Origin: Podarcis filfolensis
Lineage: Eukaryota
Direction: 5' to 3' (one strand)
DNA length: 64,000 nt
Assembly: GCA_964270895.1 (NCBI GenBank)
Contig: OZ185453.1
The first letter of the stretch is position 1; the number at the start of each line of letters is the position of its first letter. The position numbers were made by a program, and so were the translations under genes. The notes beneath the pieces are model-generated. The model searched no databases. It was not told the DNA's origin and worked only from the letters and a program-made list of their open reading frames with translations. Below, one piece after another: positions 53,735 through 64,000 of this stretch.

Positions 53735-53815
53735 TTAGCTGAGATTCCTACATTGCAGGGGGTTGGACTAGGTGACCCAGGGGGTCCTTTCCGACACTAG
53801 AATTCTATGATTCTG
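53735..53815 (+). mobile_element. CR1-type 3' tail fragment
   Basis: CATTGCAGGGGGTTGGACTAGGTGACC...ATTCTATGATTCT. Confidence 0.6.
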
Positions 53816-54203
53816 TTATTTCATCTGCTTGGCCACTGTAAGAACAACACACATGACACTAAAAGAATAAACTTAAAAAGAAAATACAAATACAATTACG
53901 AATATAGATACAAATACTAAACAAATAATAAACATATAACCATATTTCACTTCTTGTTTTCTTCCAATTGACTTCCTTCATCCTCAACGTAGGTCTACTT
54001 TCATATTTAATAAACTGTTTCCTTCTCATTTTGTTTTTCCCTACTTTTCTTTCTATTTTAGACTTTTACACCTTAATTTGTTTTGCAAATGTTAATCAAA
54101 ACAAGTCCAGGTATTAATTTGAGGTCACTGCTTTTTAAGATAATCTCTATATTTTCCCCATTCCTTTTGAAGTTTTTGTTTAGGCTGACCCCTAATTGCA
54201 TCT

Positions 54204-54263
54204 TTCTTCTTCTTCTTCTTCTTCTTCTTCTTCTTCTTCTTCTTCTTCTTCTTCTTCTTCTTC
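54204..54263. repeat. (CTT)n microsatellite
   Basis: About 20 units. Confidence 0.97.
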
Positions 54264-54323
54264 GCATCCTTCTCCCTCTCCATCTTTGTGACAGCAGGGC
54301 ATATTTTCCAGCTTGCTTTGTAT

Positions 54324-54839
54324 TGTTATGAGTTTGGGGGTCTTAATGTTAAAATCTAATCATGTATGGGTGCCAGACCCCTCTAATCCCTGGATCCAGC
54401 AAATGTTAAAATATAAAGCCAGGTCAGATTGAGGTGATTGCCTGGGTGATGAGCCATTAAGAGAACAAAGAAAAGGGGGTCTATGCTACATGGCAAATGG
54501 GTGGGCCATAGTTAGAAGGACAAAACCAGGGTTTGTATTAGTGTTTTGGGGCTGTGATGTGAACTAGAGGGAAAGCAGCAAGGAAAGAGAGAGAGAGAGC
54601 CGTGCTGGATCTCTGCTTGAATTCAAGGCTGTGGGAGAAGCAAGACTCTTTTGGGGTGTTGACGCTGTGAATCCATCCATCGAAGACTCAGGCTGCATAT
54701 ATGTGTAAATAAACCCATATATCTTAAGGACACCACAGTTTCTGCTGTGCCTCATTTCCAAAAGTTAACACGAACCCTGGATAAACACCTGGAACCTCCG
54801 GAATCTTGTGCCACTCAGAGATTTGGGTGGTGCAGAACA
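54324..54839 (+). mobile_element. Solo LTR
   Basis: TGTT...AACA termini; TSD GTAT/GTGT; AATAAA at ~54706. Confidence 0.6.
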
Positions 54840-55898
54840 GTGTTTTCCTCCACATGCTTTGCATGGTTGTGAGAGAGTCCCAAGAGATAACCCTTGTCTT
54901 AGTTTTTTCAGAGCAGCCTGGCATTCATAACCACCTTGATTTCTGCTTGTTTCGAATAAAACGGTTGGGATAATATTGAACAACAGGAAGGCAGAAGAGG
55001 GTTATCCACAAGACGCACTGTGTTGACAGAGGGCATAGTTAGATTGACTACAATTGTTTCAAAATCTGCACAGTTGGGATAAAATAGGAGTAGCAGATCA
55101 AAATACAGTCCATATTTTCTCTCTCTTGGTACTGAGGAATGTTCCCTATTATTAGACAGCAACAGTAGCAGCATCTCTCTCTATAATCAGGACTAGCAGG
55201 ACATACCTGACTTCCAGTTGTGAGCATAAGGTTGTCATGGACAGTTGTTTCTCCATCTTTGTGTTATATCGCTTTTCACATGACAGCCATTTTGTGTAAT
55301 GCTACACCTGACTGAAGTCATCCTGTGTTGTGCCTCCTCTATGGCAGCCATTTTGTGCCTGGCACCACAGCACTCTCCCAAAATTCAGAAGGTGCCCACT
55401 AGTCCAAAAAGGTTGGCTACCACTGCCTTATCCCAATAAATAGATACTTTCAGAACACCAAGCCTTGCAGAAGAAGAGAGATTGCGATCCCTGAACGATT
55501 GATGATTCTTACCATTTAACTCTCTGAAAGCAAGGCATTCAGGGGTTCGGAGTGAAAATAAAGATGAAATGGATCGTTCATGAGCTGGCCATCTCACAAC
55601 CTATTTTGTTTTGCCATTATCCCTAGTCAAATGATCATGCGCAATCTGCTAAGTGTTTCCCTTTGCAGCAGAAAAAGAATGGCTGATTTAGCTAATGAAG
55701 ACCTCGTTGCCCTTACAACCGTATATTATGTAGCAAGCTGGCAGTTTTGTTTTTACTGCAGCAGATTTTATTAAAAGGGACTCTTGGCAATTCAGCTTTA
55801 TCCCACTCAGTTGCCACGTCACACGCTGAGGTGGGCTGGCCAGGCTGTTTAGGTGTCGTTACACTGATGATGAATTCTGCACTTCCCAACATCATGAA

Positions 55899-56386
55899 CA
55901 GCGCTGGATTTGCGTATAAGCTAAACAAGCTATAGCTTCGGGCTCCACTCTCTTGGGGCCCCCAAAAAACAATTAAAGGGGAAAAAATTGGACGTACATT
56001 TCCAAAATATAATATAAAAATAAAATAAAATCTAAATACAGCAACAGTGTTTTTGTTTTGTTTTGTGTTTTGTTTTGTTGTGTTGTGTTGTGTTGTGTTG
56101 TGTTGTGTTGGCTCCTGTGATGTAAGTAATGGGCCCGCCTGCTAGCCTGCTCCCTAAAATATCCCTGGTTTGCTCATTTCTATATATAGGGTGCCTACAT
56201 TCTGCATGGACTGGTTGCAGGGCAACATGTGCAAATGGCTTTAGATACCGGTACCTATTAGGTCCATAAATTACCATATAGCATATATTCAGCAACAATT
56301 TGTTGTTGACAAAGGACAGCTGGACATAGAAAGGGCCCCATTACCTTCAGGAGCTTAGGGCCTCATCCAGCCTAAATCTGGCCCTG
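55899..56386 (-). mobile_element. hAT-like element
   Basis: TIR CAGCGCTGGATTT/AAATCTGGCCCTG; perfect 8-bp TSD ATCATGAA. Confidence 0.82.
56048..56109. repeat. (TGTTT/TGTTG)n pentanucleotide microsatellite inside a hAT element
   Basis: Run of TGTTT then TGTTG units. Confidence 0.93.
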
Positions 56387-58226
56387 ATCATGAAAGGGTC
56401 ATCCAGACCTCCTCTTCAGGAGCAATGACATGCACAGTCTTGATTTTATTTATTTATTTATTTATTTTTAATTAGTGGCCAGATGCTGGTCGTTTTCAGC
56501 AAGTGATTCAGTAGCAAGAGAAGTGCCAAGCAAATAGAACAAGTTTGTTCTGAAGCCAGGAGTTTCTTTCACTTTCTGAATAAAAACTTCAAAGCAAATT
56601 CCAAAACACAGTAGACCAAGGAATGCCTAATCCGCGGGTAGCCTTTCCTATACCTAGTGTAGCTCTGCTCTTCACGGCAAGATGGGCAGGTCCCTACCCT
56701 GACGGGATTTTCTTTTGAGGAGACGAGTGGTGTAGATTAAATTTGAACAGGAACAGTGGGCTCATCTCCTGAGAGGCACACTATTGTAACGACGGCTTTA
56801 TTTTATTTCTTAAATTTGTGTACTGCCCTTCATCCGTAGATCTCAGGGCAGTTCACAACACAAAAATACAATATAAAAAACTGGATTGCCCAGTTGCCCA
56901 GGCTGTATCCTATGGATAAAATGTGTGAGGTCATCTGCATCAAGGGGATCCATTGAATGATTTTAACATCTTTCTTAAGATGCCACTAGTCTCCCTGCCT
57001 TGCAAGGAAACCAACCCAGGAACAGACCACGGCAGAGAACATTAGTACAATATATGGAACTTGGAGATGAGGCTTCCACAGTTTGGGGGAGAGAGAAGTG
57101 CTGAAGCAGTGGTTTTTTGAGTAAGAATATGGGTGCTACAACTATGGTAGAGTATTCCTCTTTTATCTATCAAACGTTAGGGAGTCAAGGACCTGGTACC
57201 TCATTTTCTTCTTCTTCCCCTAGTACTGTAGTCACTACACCCTTCCATAATTGTGACTAAGCCAGGCTTCTGAGGGTATAGGAACAGAACGTCTTTTCAG
57301 TGTTGTGACTCAACTCTGGAAAATATGGAGTTGTGGTAATAGCAGAAAGTGGGGAGGTGTGGAGATCAAAATGAGCCAGACAGAACGGGATCCTTCTGCT
57401 CTTTTTAAAATAAGATATTGTACTAATGTGCATCTGAGTGTCTCAGTCTCTCCTTCCAAGCTAGCTCCAGCTCAAAGAGCTGCAATCGTGCCAAAGATAA
57501 GGTCTGGCATGCTAAATTGTTAGGAAAGGTAACTGGCACCATTAAATTTTACAACTGTGCTTTTAACAGCTGTTGGCAAATAGAAATTCAGCCGGGGAAA
57601 TTGTCCCCTATCATTGCACCTGCATTTCAGGAAAAGCTTCGTTTGTTCTGCTGAATTTCTTCTTTTCTGAATTTTGCCTGTGAAAGACACAGGAGCCGTT
57701 GCCAGATCAAAGCTGGCAGCCGTGGTTGTGCAGCCTTCATGTTCCAGTGCCACGGAGCCGCCACCTTGGGCATGTCAGTCACAGCCAGCTTGAGAGCTGG
57801 TTCTCTGCCTTCTCTCCATCTTCTGAGGCTTGCAGTTTATTTAATTGCTATTTGTCCTGCTAGATTTGTCAGCAAGAATATACTTGATTAGGCTCAGAGA
57901 AAAATGCTAAGAAAAGGAGCAGCAGTCATTATTTTAAAAAATAACCACATCACTGGGAAGTGTTTCTGTGCAAATGTGGAACTGTTTGTTCTTAATATGA
58001 TGCAATTAGAAGATGGCCAATATTGGAAGACGGTTAGAGTGTGGCTTCTTGCAAGTTCAGCTGTGTCAATCCACATGGAGGTCCAAGCATGGTCTCGATC
58101 TTCTTTCAGGCTAGCCCTCTTTTGAGTGTGGTTTTTAAAAGGCCACAAAAAATGAAATTGGGGTATGTGAAAAACTCTCATCAATCATTACACCGTCTCC
58201 CATTTCGTGGGAGCCCTCTGCTTTAA

Positions 58227-58632
58227 ACCATAAAGAAGGCTGATCGCCGAAGAATGGATGCTTTTGAATTCTGGTGCTGGAGGAGACTCTTGAGAGTCCC
58301 ATGGACTGCAAGAAGATCCAACCTCTCCATTCTGAAGGAAATCAGCCCTGAGTGCTCACTGGAAGGACAGATCCTGAAGCTGAGGCTCCAATACTTTGGC
58401 CACCTCATGAGAAGAGAAGACTCCCTGGAAAAGACCCTGATGTTGGGAAAGATGGAGGGCACAAGGAGAAGGGGACGACGGAGGACGAGACGGTGGGACA
58501 GTGTTCTCGAAGCTACAGCATGAGATTGACCAAACTGCGGGAGGCAGTGGAAGACAGGAGTGCCTGGCGTGCTCTGGTTCATGGGGTCACGAAGAGGCGG
58601 ACACGACTAAACGACTAAATACAACAACAACA
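58227..58632 (+). mobile_element. BovB (RTE) LINE 3' end
   Basis: DAFEFWCWRRLLRVPWTARRSN.SILKEI.PE.SLEG.ILKL.L.YFGH.MRR.DSLEK.LMLGK.EG.RRRGR motif and the CATGGGGTCACGAAGAG..GGACACGACT(AAC)n tail. Confidence 0.92.
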
Positions 58633-58780
58633 TACCATGCCGTGAATGCTTCCTCTCCCATATTTATACCTCTTGACACTGACACTCAGGGCAGACATGA
58701 AAATTGGCTGTGGTTGAGCTTGTGCCAAGACATAACCCCTGCGAGGGTTTCACTGCAACTGGCAAATAATTAGAATAATT

Positions 58781-58858
58781 AGTGCCTGGCGTGCTCAGGT
58801 CCAGGGGGTCACAAAGAGTGGGACACGACTAAACAACTAAACAACAACAGCAACAACA
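58781..58858 (+). mobile_element. BovB 3' terminal fragment
   Basis: AGTGCCTGGCGTGCTCAGGTCCAGGGGGTCACAAAGAGTGGGACACGACTAAACAAC. Confidence 0.75.
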
Positions 58859-59004
58859 AAGCAGGCATTCAGTCCCAATGTCCTTTGGTGAGTCTTTGAC
58901 CCTCCTCAACCAGGTCCTCATGGTTCTGAACTAGACTAGTTAGAGAACTGGTCACTCCAGCTTTATTCATCCATCCTGTAGCATAGCTGTGCTGGCATGA
59001 AACG

Positions 59005-59220
59005 GAAACGACAACTAATCCAGAATGCGGCAGCGAGACTGATGACTGGGAGTGGCCACCGGGACCATATAACACTGGTCCTAAAGAATCTTCGCTGGGT
59101 CCCAGTAAGTTTCCAGGCACAATTCTGACCTTTAAAGGTACTGACCTTTAAAGTCCTAAATGGTCCCGGCCCGGTATACCTGAAAGAGCGTCTCCACCCC
59201 CATCATTCAGCCCAGACATC
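59005..59220 (+). mobile_element. L2-family internal fragment
   Basis: CAACTAATCCAGAATGCGGCAGC...TATACCTGAAAGAGCGTCTCCACCCCCATC is homologous to the reverse complement of 16740-16945. Confidence 0.7.
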
Positions 59221-60007
59221 AGTAAACAGACATAGGCTCTTGGCATGGGGCTGAAATTCTACAGCAATTGCCCCCTTTGGCTTTACCATAGGGATATGCA
59301 TTGAAGGATTATTATGGGGAAAGATTGCAACATTGACTGTCGTGTGGAACCTGATTTAATTCTGCTTCCAGCTGACGGCAGCCCAGCAGTTTTGCAGAAC
59401 TGCCAAACAGACCCGAATGTGGAGAGAATCCATTGTAAAACTTCCTTCTTTGGAGTTCGGTATTTAGTTGGCAAAGGATGGGAAATATAATTGATTTGGA
59501 TTTTATATTATAGTTTATTTCTTTGCTGGAAACACAAAGATTAAGCAAGACAATGAACTACAACTTTAAACCAAGTTTAAATGGCATCTTCAGTGGGAAC
59601 ATACTTCCCCAGGCCTAAAAGCAAAAAGGCAGCCTCCTCAGAATGCCAGGGGGGGCAGTATTTGTTTCGTTGCACATCTTTGGGGTGGACGGCCCCATTT
59701 TCATTATATACCGTATTTTGAGCAGTACCATACCACTTTAAATAATAATCCAGTAAGGCTGTAGTTTGCTGAGGGCACTGAGAGCTCTTGAGAGGCCCCT
59801 ATTCCCCCCACAAAGCTACAGTGATCAGGTTTACGATCCCTCTGGGTATCATAGCTCTCTGAAGGTAATCACACGCCCAGCGGAGGTCTCCTGCTGAGAT
59901 CAGATTAACCTTCAAAGAATGCTAGTCGTACAAACCATGAATCCCGTCTTACGGCAAACCCTGGTTAGTTGAACAAGCCTGCTGCACAAGCCATGGGGCG
60001 AAGCTGA

Positions 60008-60330
60008 CAGGGCCGGCCCACCCATGAGGCATGGTGAGGCAGTTGCCTCAGGCGGCAGGCTGGGTACAGCTGGGAAGCATGGCAGATCCACACCCCGAGG
60101 TGCGTGCCCCTCACCACCTTCTGGGCTTGTCGCCTGCCAACATTGCCTCTGCCCCGCTGCCCCCGCCTGCTCCTCTCTGGCCTCCTTCAGGGCATCAGGA
60201 CTTCCCAGGGCTGCCTCCCGTTGCCTTGGGCAGAGGAAGTGGAGGAAACAACAGAGACAGAAGTGGAGAAGGAGGCGGGGCGCCATTTTCTGTTTTGCCT
60301 CAAGCAGCAAAATGTCGTGGACCCACCCTG
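60008..60330. mobile_element. hAT-like element (CAGGGCCGGC termini)
   Basis: About 50-nt near-identical start to the 3322 copy. Confidence 0.6.
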
Positions 60331-60402
60331 GAACTTGGCTTGTTACCAGAGTTTGTGGTGAGCCAAGCCAGCGGTCTTTTGGGCAAAGGTGTGTGTGTGT
60401 GT

Positions 60403-60750
60403 GGGGTGGCACTGTGGTCTAAACCACTGAGCCTCTTGCGCTTGCCAATCAGAAGGTCAGCAATTTGTATCTGCTCCCATTGCTCTGTCCCAGCTCCTGC
60501 CTACCTAGCACTTCAAAAGCATACCAACATGAGTAGATAAATAGGTACCACTGTGGCAGGAAGGTAAATCACGTTTCCATGCACTCTGGCACTCAGCAAG
60601 GTGTTCCATGCGCCAGAAGCAGTTTAGTCATGCTGGACGGAAAGCCGTCTGCGGACAAACGCCGGCTCCCTCAGCCTGAAGCAAGATGAGCACCGCACCC
60701 CATAGTCAAGTTTGACTGGACTTAACCATCCAGGGGTCCTTTACCTTTTT
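60403..60750 (+). mobile_element. Sauria SINE (diverged)
   Basis: Same family head and tail. Confidence 0.75.
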
Positions 60751-60889
60751 AAACCTTCCCTCAAAACAGCAGAAGGAGAGGAGAAGGACAGGGAAGAGTA
60801 CGCAGGGAACACTTTGTTCAGGCACACAGCAGGTCAGCCACATAGTGTTAAAGCACAATTTAGTTTTATGTGCAGTTCTAGAAACCTGA

Positions 60890-61241
60890 CGCGGGTGGCG
60901 CTGTGGGTTAAACCACAGAGCCTAGGACTTGCCAACCAGAAGGTCAGCGGTTCGAATCCCCGCAATGACGGGGTGAGCTCCCGTTGCTCGGTCCCTGCTC
61001 CTGCCAACCTAGCAGTTCGAAAGCACGTCAAAGTGTAAGTAGATAAATAGGTACCGCTCTGGCGGGAAGGTAAACGGCGTTTCCGTGCGCTGCTCTGACT
61101 CGCCAAAAGCAGCTTAGTCATGCTGGCCACATGACCCGGAAGCTGTACGCTGGCTCCCTCAGCCAATAAAGCGAGATGAGCGCCGCAACCCCAGAGTCGG
61201 CCACGACTGGACCTAATGGTCAGGGGTCCCTTTACCTTTAC
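60890..61241 (+). mobile_element. Sauria SINE, full length and young
   Basis: 12-bp TSD CTAGAAACCTGA (60878-60889 and 61242-61253); CpGs retained. Confidence 0.92.
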
Positions 61242-62340
61242 CTAGAAACCTGAACAAATGCTGCAGGAAATGCCTGACCATTTCCTCCTCAGCCCCCACG
61301 CAATGATTTAATTTACAAGTCATTATCTTCAGGGAGCCGTGGCCCAGTCCAGGCAGAGCATTCCTGGTGGCAACAGAAGCCCTGGCTACGGACAGGGTAC
61401 GACCAAGTCACCTGCATTTTGCCAGCCAGGCACAAGCGCTGATGAACTGTGATTCCACTTTCTGCAGCAAAGACACCTCCTCCCTCTCATCTGCAAAACA
61501 AGACAAAACAAAAACCAACAGCTCCGTTGCTTGAAGGCGGAAAACAACAACTTTAATCAGTCATTGGGAATGAGGGGAGTGCTTTCATCTCTAAAGGCTG
61601 CACTTCTTTGTGTGTGCTAAAAACAATAGCCTGGAAGGCCCTGGGGGAAGAGTGGAGCGTGGGAGTTTGCCAAACATGGGATGTTCTCAGAGCGGATGGC
61701 ATTTGGTAGGCCTGCGTTGAAACAAAGGCTCACTCTTTTCCCATGTGAGATTTCTGTACACTCTTGGTGAGGGACTCCATAGTCAGTCTGGGGGTAATTT
61801 CGATTGCAAAACCTTTATCAAGTGTCCTCCGAGCCATTGGGGCAGCTACTGCAGGCTGCCATGGCACATTTCCTGACCCACCAGGACGCCTGGTTTGCCG
61901 CTCTCTGTAAAAAAACGACAACAACCATTCAGATGGGGGGAAGCTGCTGAGGTCTTTGTTACAAGCAGTTCTCACCAAACTGGTCAATCCAGTTCATGCC
62001 CATAATTTAACTTTCCAGGCCATTTGCCAATACTGTGAGTCTTTTCAATATGCAAACTCATCTTGTGGTGGAAGCAGGTTGCTGCTGCTGCTACTGCTGC
62101 CTCTCTGTCACCCTCCCACCCATCTCTACACCTGGAGGGCTGCAATATGGCTGCTGCTAAGTACAACCTCATGTGGGCAGCCGAGTATTCCTTTGGTGCC
62201 CAGGGTCTCAAAACCACTTCAGCAGGTGTACAGTGAAGAGATGTACAGATTGGAGCTGGGTGGAAGAGGTGCATTCACACTCTGCAAAAGTCCTATGCTG
62301 CCTGAACAGTGGGAGGGGGCCACTTCTGTGTCCATCATTA

Positions 62341-62514
62341 CAGTGGTACTTCGGGTTAAGAAATTAATTCGTTCCGGAGGTCCGTTCTTAACCTGAAACC
62401 GTTCTTAACCTGAGGTACCACTTTAGCTAATGGGGCCTCCCGCTGCTGCCACCACACGATTTCTGTTCTCATCCTGAGGCAAAGTTCTTAACCCGAGCTA
62501 CTACTTCCGGGTTA
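62341..62514 (-). mobile_element. Tigger-like MITE, truncated
   Basis: TA|CAGTGGTACTTCGGGTTAAGAA; the other TIR is missing. Confidence 0.75.
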
Positions 62515-63412
62515 GACAAGAAAGCACTTAGAACAAGGAGTTCATTGAGGGGACGCAAGTAAAATGGCCGAATAACTTCGCTCTCTTGGCAACAGGGGCC
62601 TTGAAGACTTGAGTATGCACTTGAGAAAACACTGCAGCAGCTAGCCTTACTCAGTCACCTTTGACAACTAGGGTGGGGGAGAAAAATTCAATTCACTTTG
62701 CATTCGGAGGCAAATCTATCAGTTTTGCATGTTCTGAAACAATATGTGAACCACAACACAGCCATACTTTGAAATTTGCACTTTTGCGAATTTAGCAGTG
62801 TGGTTCTCCAACCAACCATCATTTACAAAAATGCATCTGTTAGGAGAAAGTGAGCATAAAAACGAACACATTAGTAAAAACTAATGCATTATATTGAGAG
62901 AAATTGCTTGCCCATATGTGCACATTAGTCAAAACGGCATAAAAATGCGTTTACTAGGAGAAATCTACACCAAAATGATGGTGAGATTTCATGAGGATTT
63001 TGTTTTTAAAAATCACAAATTGCTGCAGAAATGTTGTGGTACAGTTATGTTTTCAAAATGCGCCAAGTAATTCTGTGAGGTAAGTCACAGTTATCCCCAC
63101 TTGGGGGGGGGGGGAGGAGGTCCCTGGACTCAGGTCTCCCTGATTCAAGCACAAAACCCTTGTTTCTTAAGCCACTGGCTCATGTGTGATGCTGCCTTTC
63201 ATGATGAACACAGTGCAAGCAAAAGTGTTTAAAAGGAAGGAGGCTCATTTCCCTCGCAGAAATCATATTTGCTATTTTCCACTTGGGAGTAAAAATGTCA
63301 GTAAGGGCAGATCACCTGGGCATGTTTTTCCGCTCCACTTACCAGACGTATAAAAACAAAAAAAAATTTTCCCTTCCAGTAGCACCTTAAAGACCAACTA
63401 AGTTAGTTCTTG

Positions 63413-63450
63413 GTATGAGCTTTCGTGTGCATGCACACTTCTTCAGATAC
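63413..63450 (-). ncRNA. Minimal hammerhead ribozyme motif (left arm)
   Basis: Reverse complement GTAT-CTGAAGA-A-GTGTGCATGCACAC-GAAA-GC-TC-ATAC. Confidence 0.75.
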
Positions 63451-63487
63451 CCTGAAACAGAAGTTTCAGGGTAACTTCTGTTTCAGT

Positions 63488-63525
63488 GTATCTGAAGAAG
63501 TGTGCATGCACACGAAAGCTCATAC
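63488..63525 (+). ncRNA. Minimal hammerhead ribozyme motif (right arm)
   Basis: GTAT-CTGAAGA-A-GTGTGCATGCACAC-GAAA-GC-TC-ATAC; predicted cleavage after C63521. Confidence 0.75.
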
Positions 63526-64000
63526 CAAGAACTAACTTAGTTGGTCTTTAAGTTGCTGCTGGAAGGGAAAAATTTTTTTTGTTTTGACTATGGCAGACCA
63601 ACACGGCTACCTATCTGTAACCAGACGTATAAAGTAAGCAAGCACTAAGTGTGGTGTATAGGCAGGAACATCCCCTCCTTTAGGGACAGAGGACTTTTGA
63701 TCCCAAAGAGTCTCCTAGTCAAGAGGAGAGATTTAGGGGCAGGGAAGGAGATGTTTGGTTCCTCCGATCACAGTAACTCTGTGGAATTCAATGCAGCTTC
63801 TTCCTCTGTTGCAAGTGAAGATTTGTTTATGGCTCGTTCTGTGTTTGTAATGCTACTAAGGGAACTGACAGAGTCTGTTCACTACGGAAAGCCCTCTTTG
63901 AACCCACCAGGGTCTGCATTTATAACTCTCTGGTTGCGTATGAGTACTGCAAGAGAAGCGCCGACAACTTTCATTTTTTAAAATAAATGATTCTTATTGG

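Larger units (their letters stand above)
63355..63619. mobile_element. Palindromic Penelope-derived insertion (two inverted pLTR ends)
   Basis: 14-bp TSD ACCAGACGTATAAA at 63341-63354 and 63620-63633; ~100-bp arms in inverted orientation with 2 substitutions plus a homopolymer indel. Confidence 0.85.

Noticed and set aside
54073-54331. Poly-Arg and poly-Leu ORFs
   Set aside because: They are translations of the (CTT)n microsatellite.
63649-63981. 110 aa ORF near the window end
   Set aside because: It starts at GTG, has no recognisable domain on either strand and has no convincing exon pairing.

Overview
This is eukaryotic genomic DNA from a squamate reptile, probably a lacertid lizard, inferred from Sauria SINEs, a BovB LINE and tRNA-head/CR1-tail SINEs. 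The window holds one complete gene, the Na+/K+-ATPase alpha-1 subunit (ATP1A1), on the minus strand. I traced all 23 coding exons by hand from the ATG at 36053 to the stop at 6760. All introns are GT-AG and the CDS is 3069 nt (1022 aa). The gene has a CpG-island promoter and a poly(A) signal at 6509-6514. About 4.8 kb upstream of the ATG, in divergent orientation, is an intronless, TSD-flanked, ORF-intact retrocopy of NDUFA1. The rest is transposon-rich: Tc1/mariner (Tigger-like) MITEs, hAT MITEs with 8-bp TSDs, SINEs, L2, BovB and CR1 fragments, solo LTRs and microsatellites. The most interesting unannotated signal is three Penelope-like insertions carrying four minimal type-I hammerhead ribozyme motifs. 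One of them is a TSD-flanked ~265-bp palindrome with two inverted hammerheads. Repeat family names come from recalled motifs, not database searches. I see no evidence of a wholly new biological system; the findings are locus-specific variants of known phenomena.
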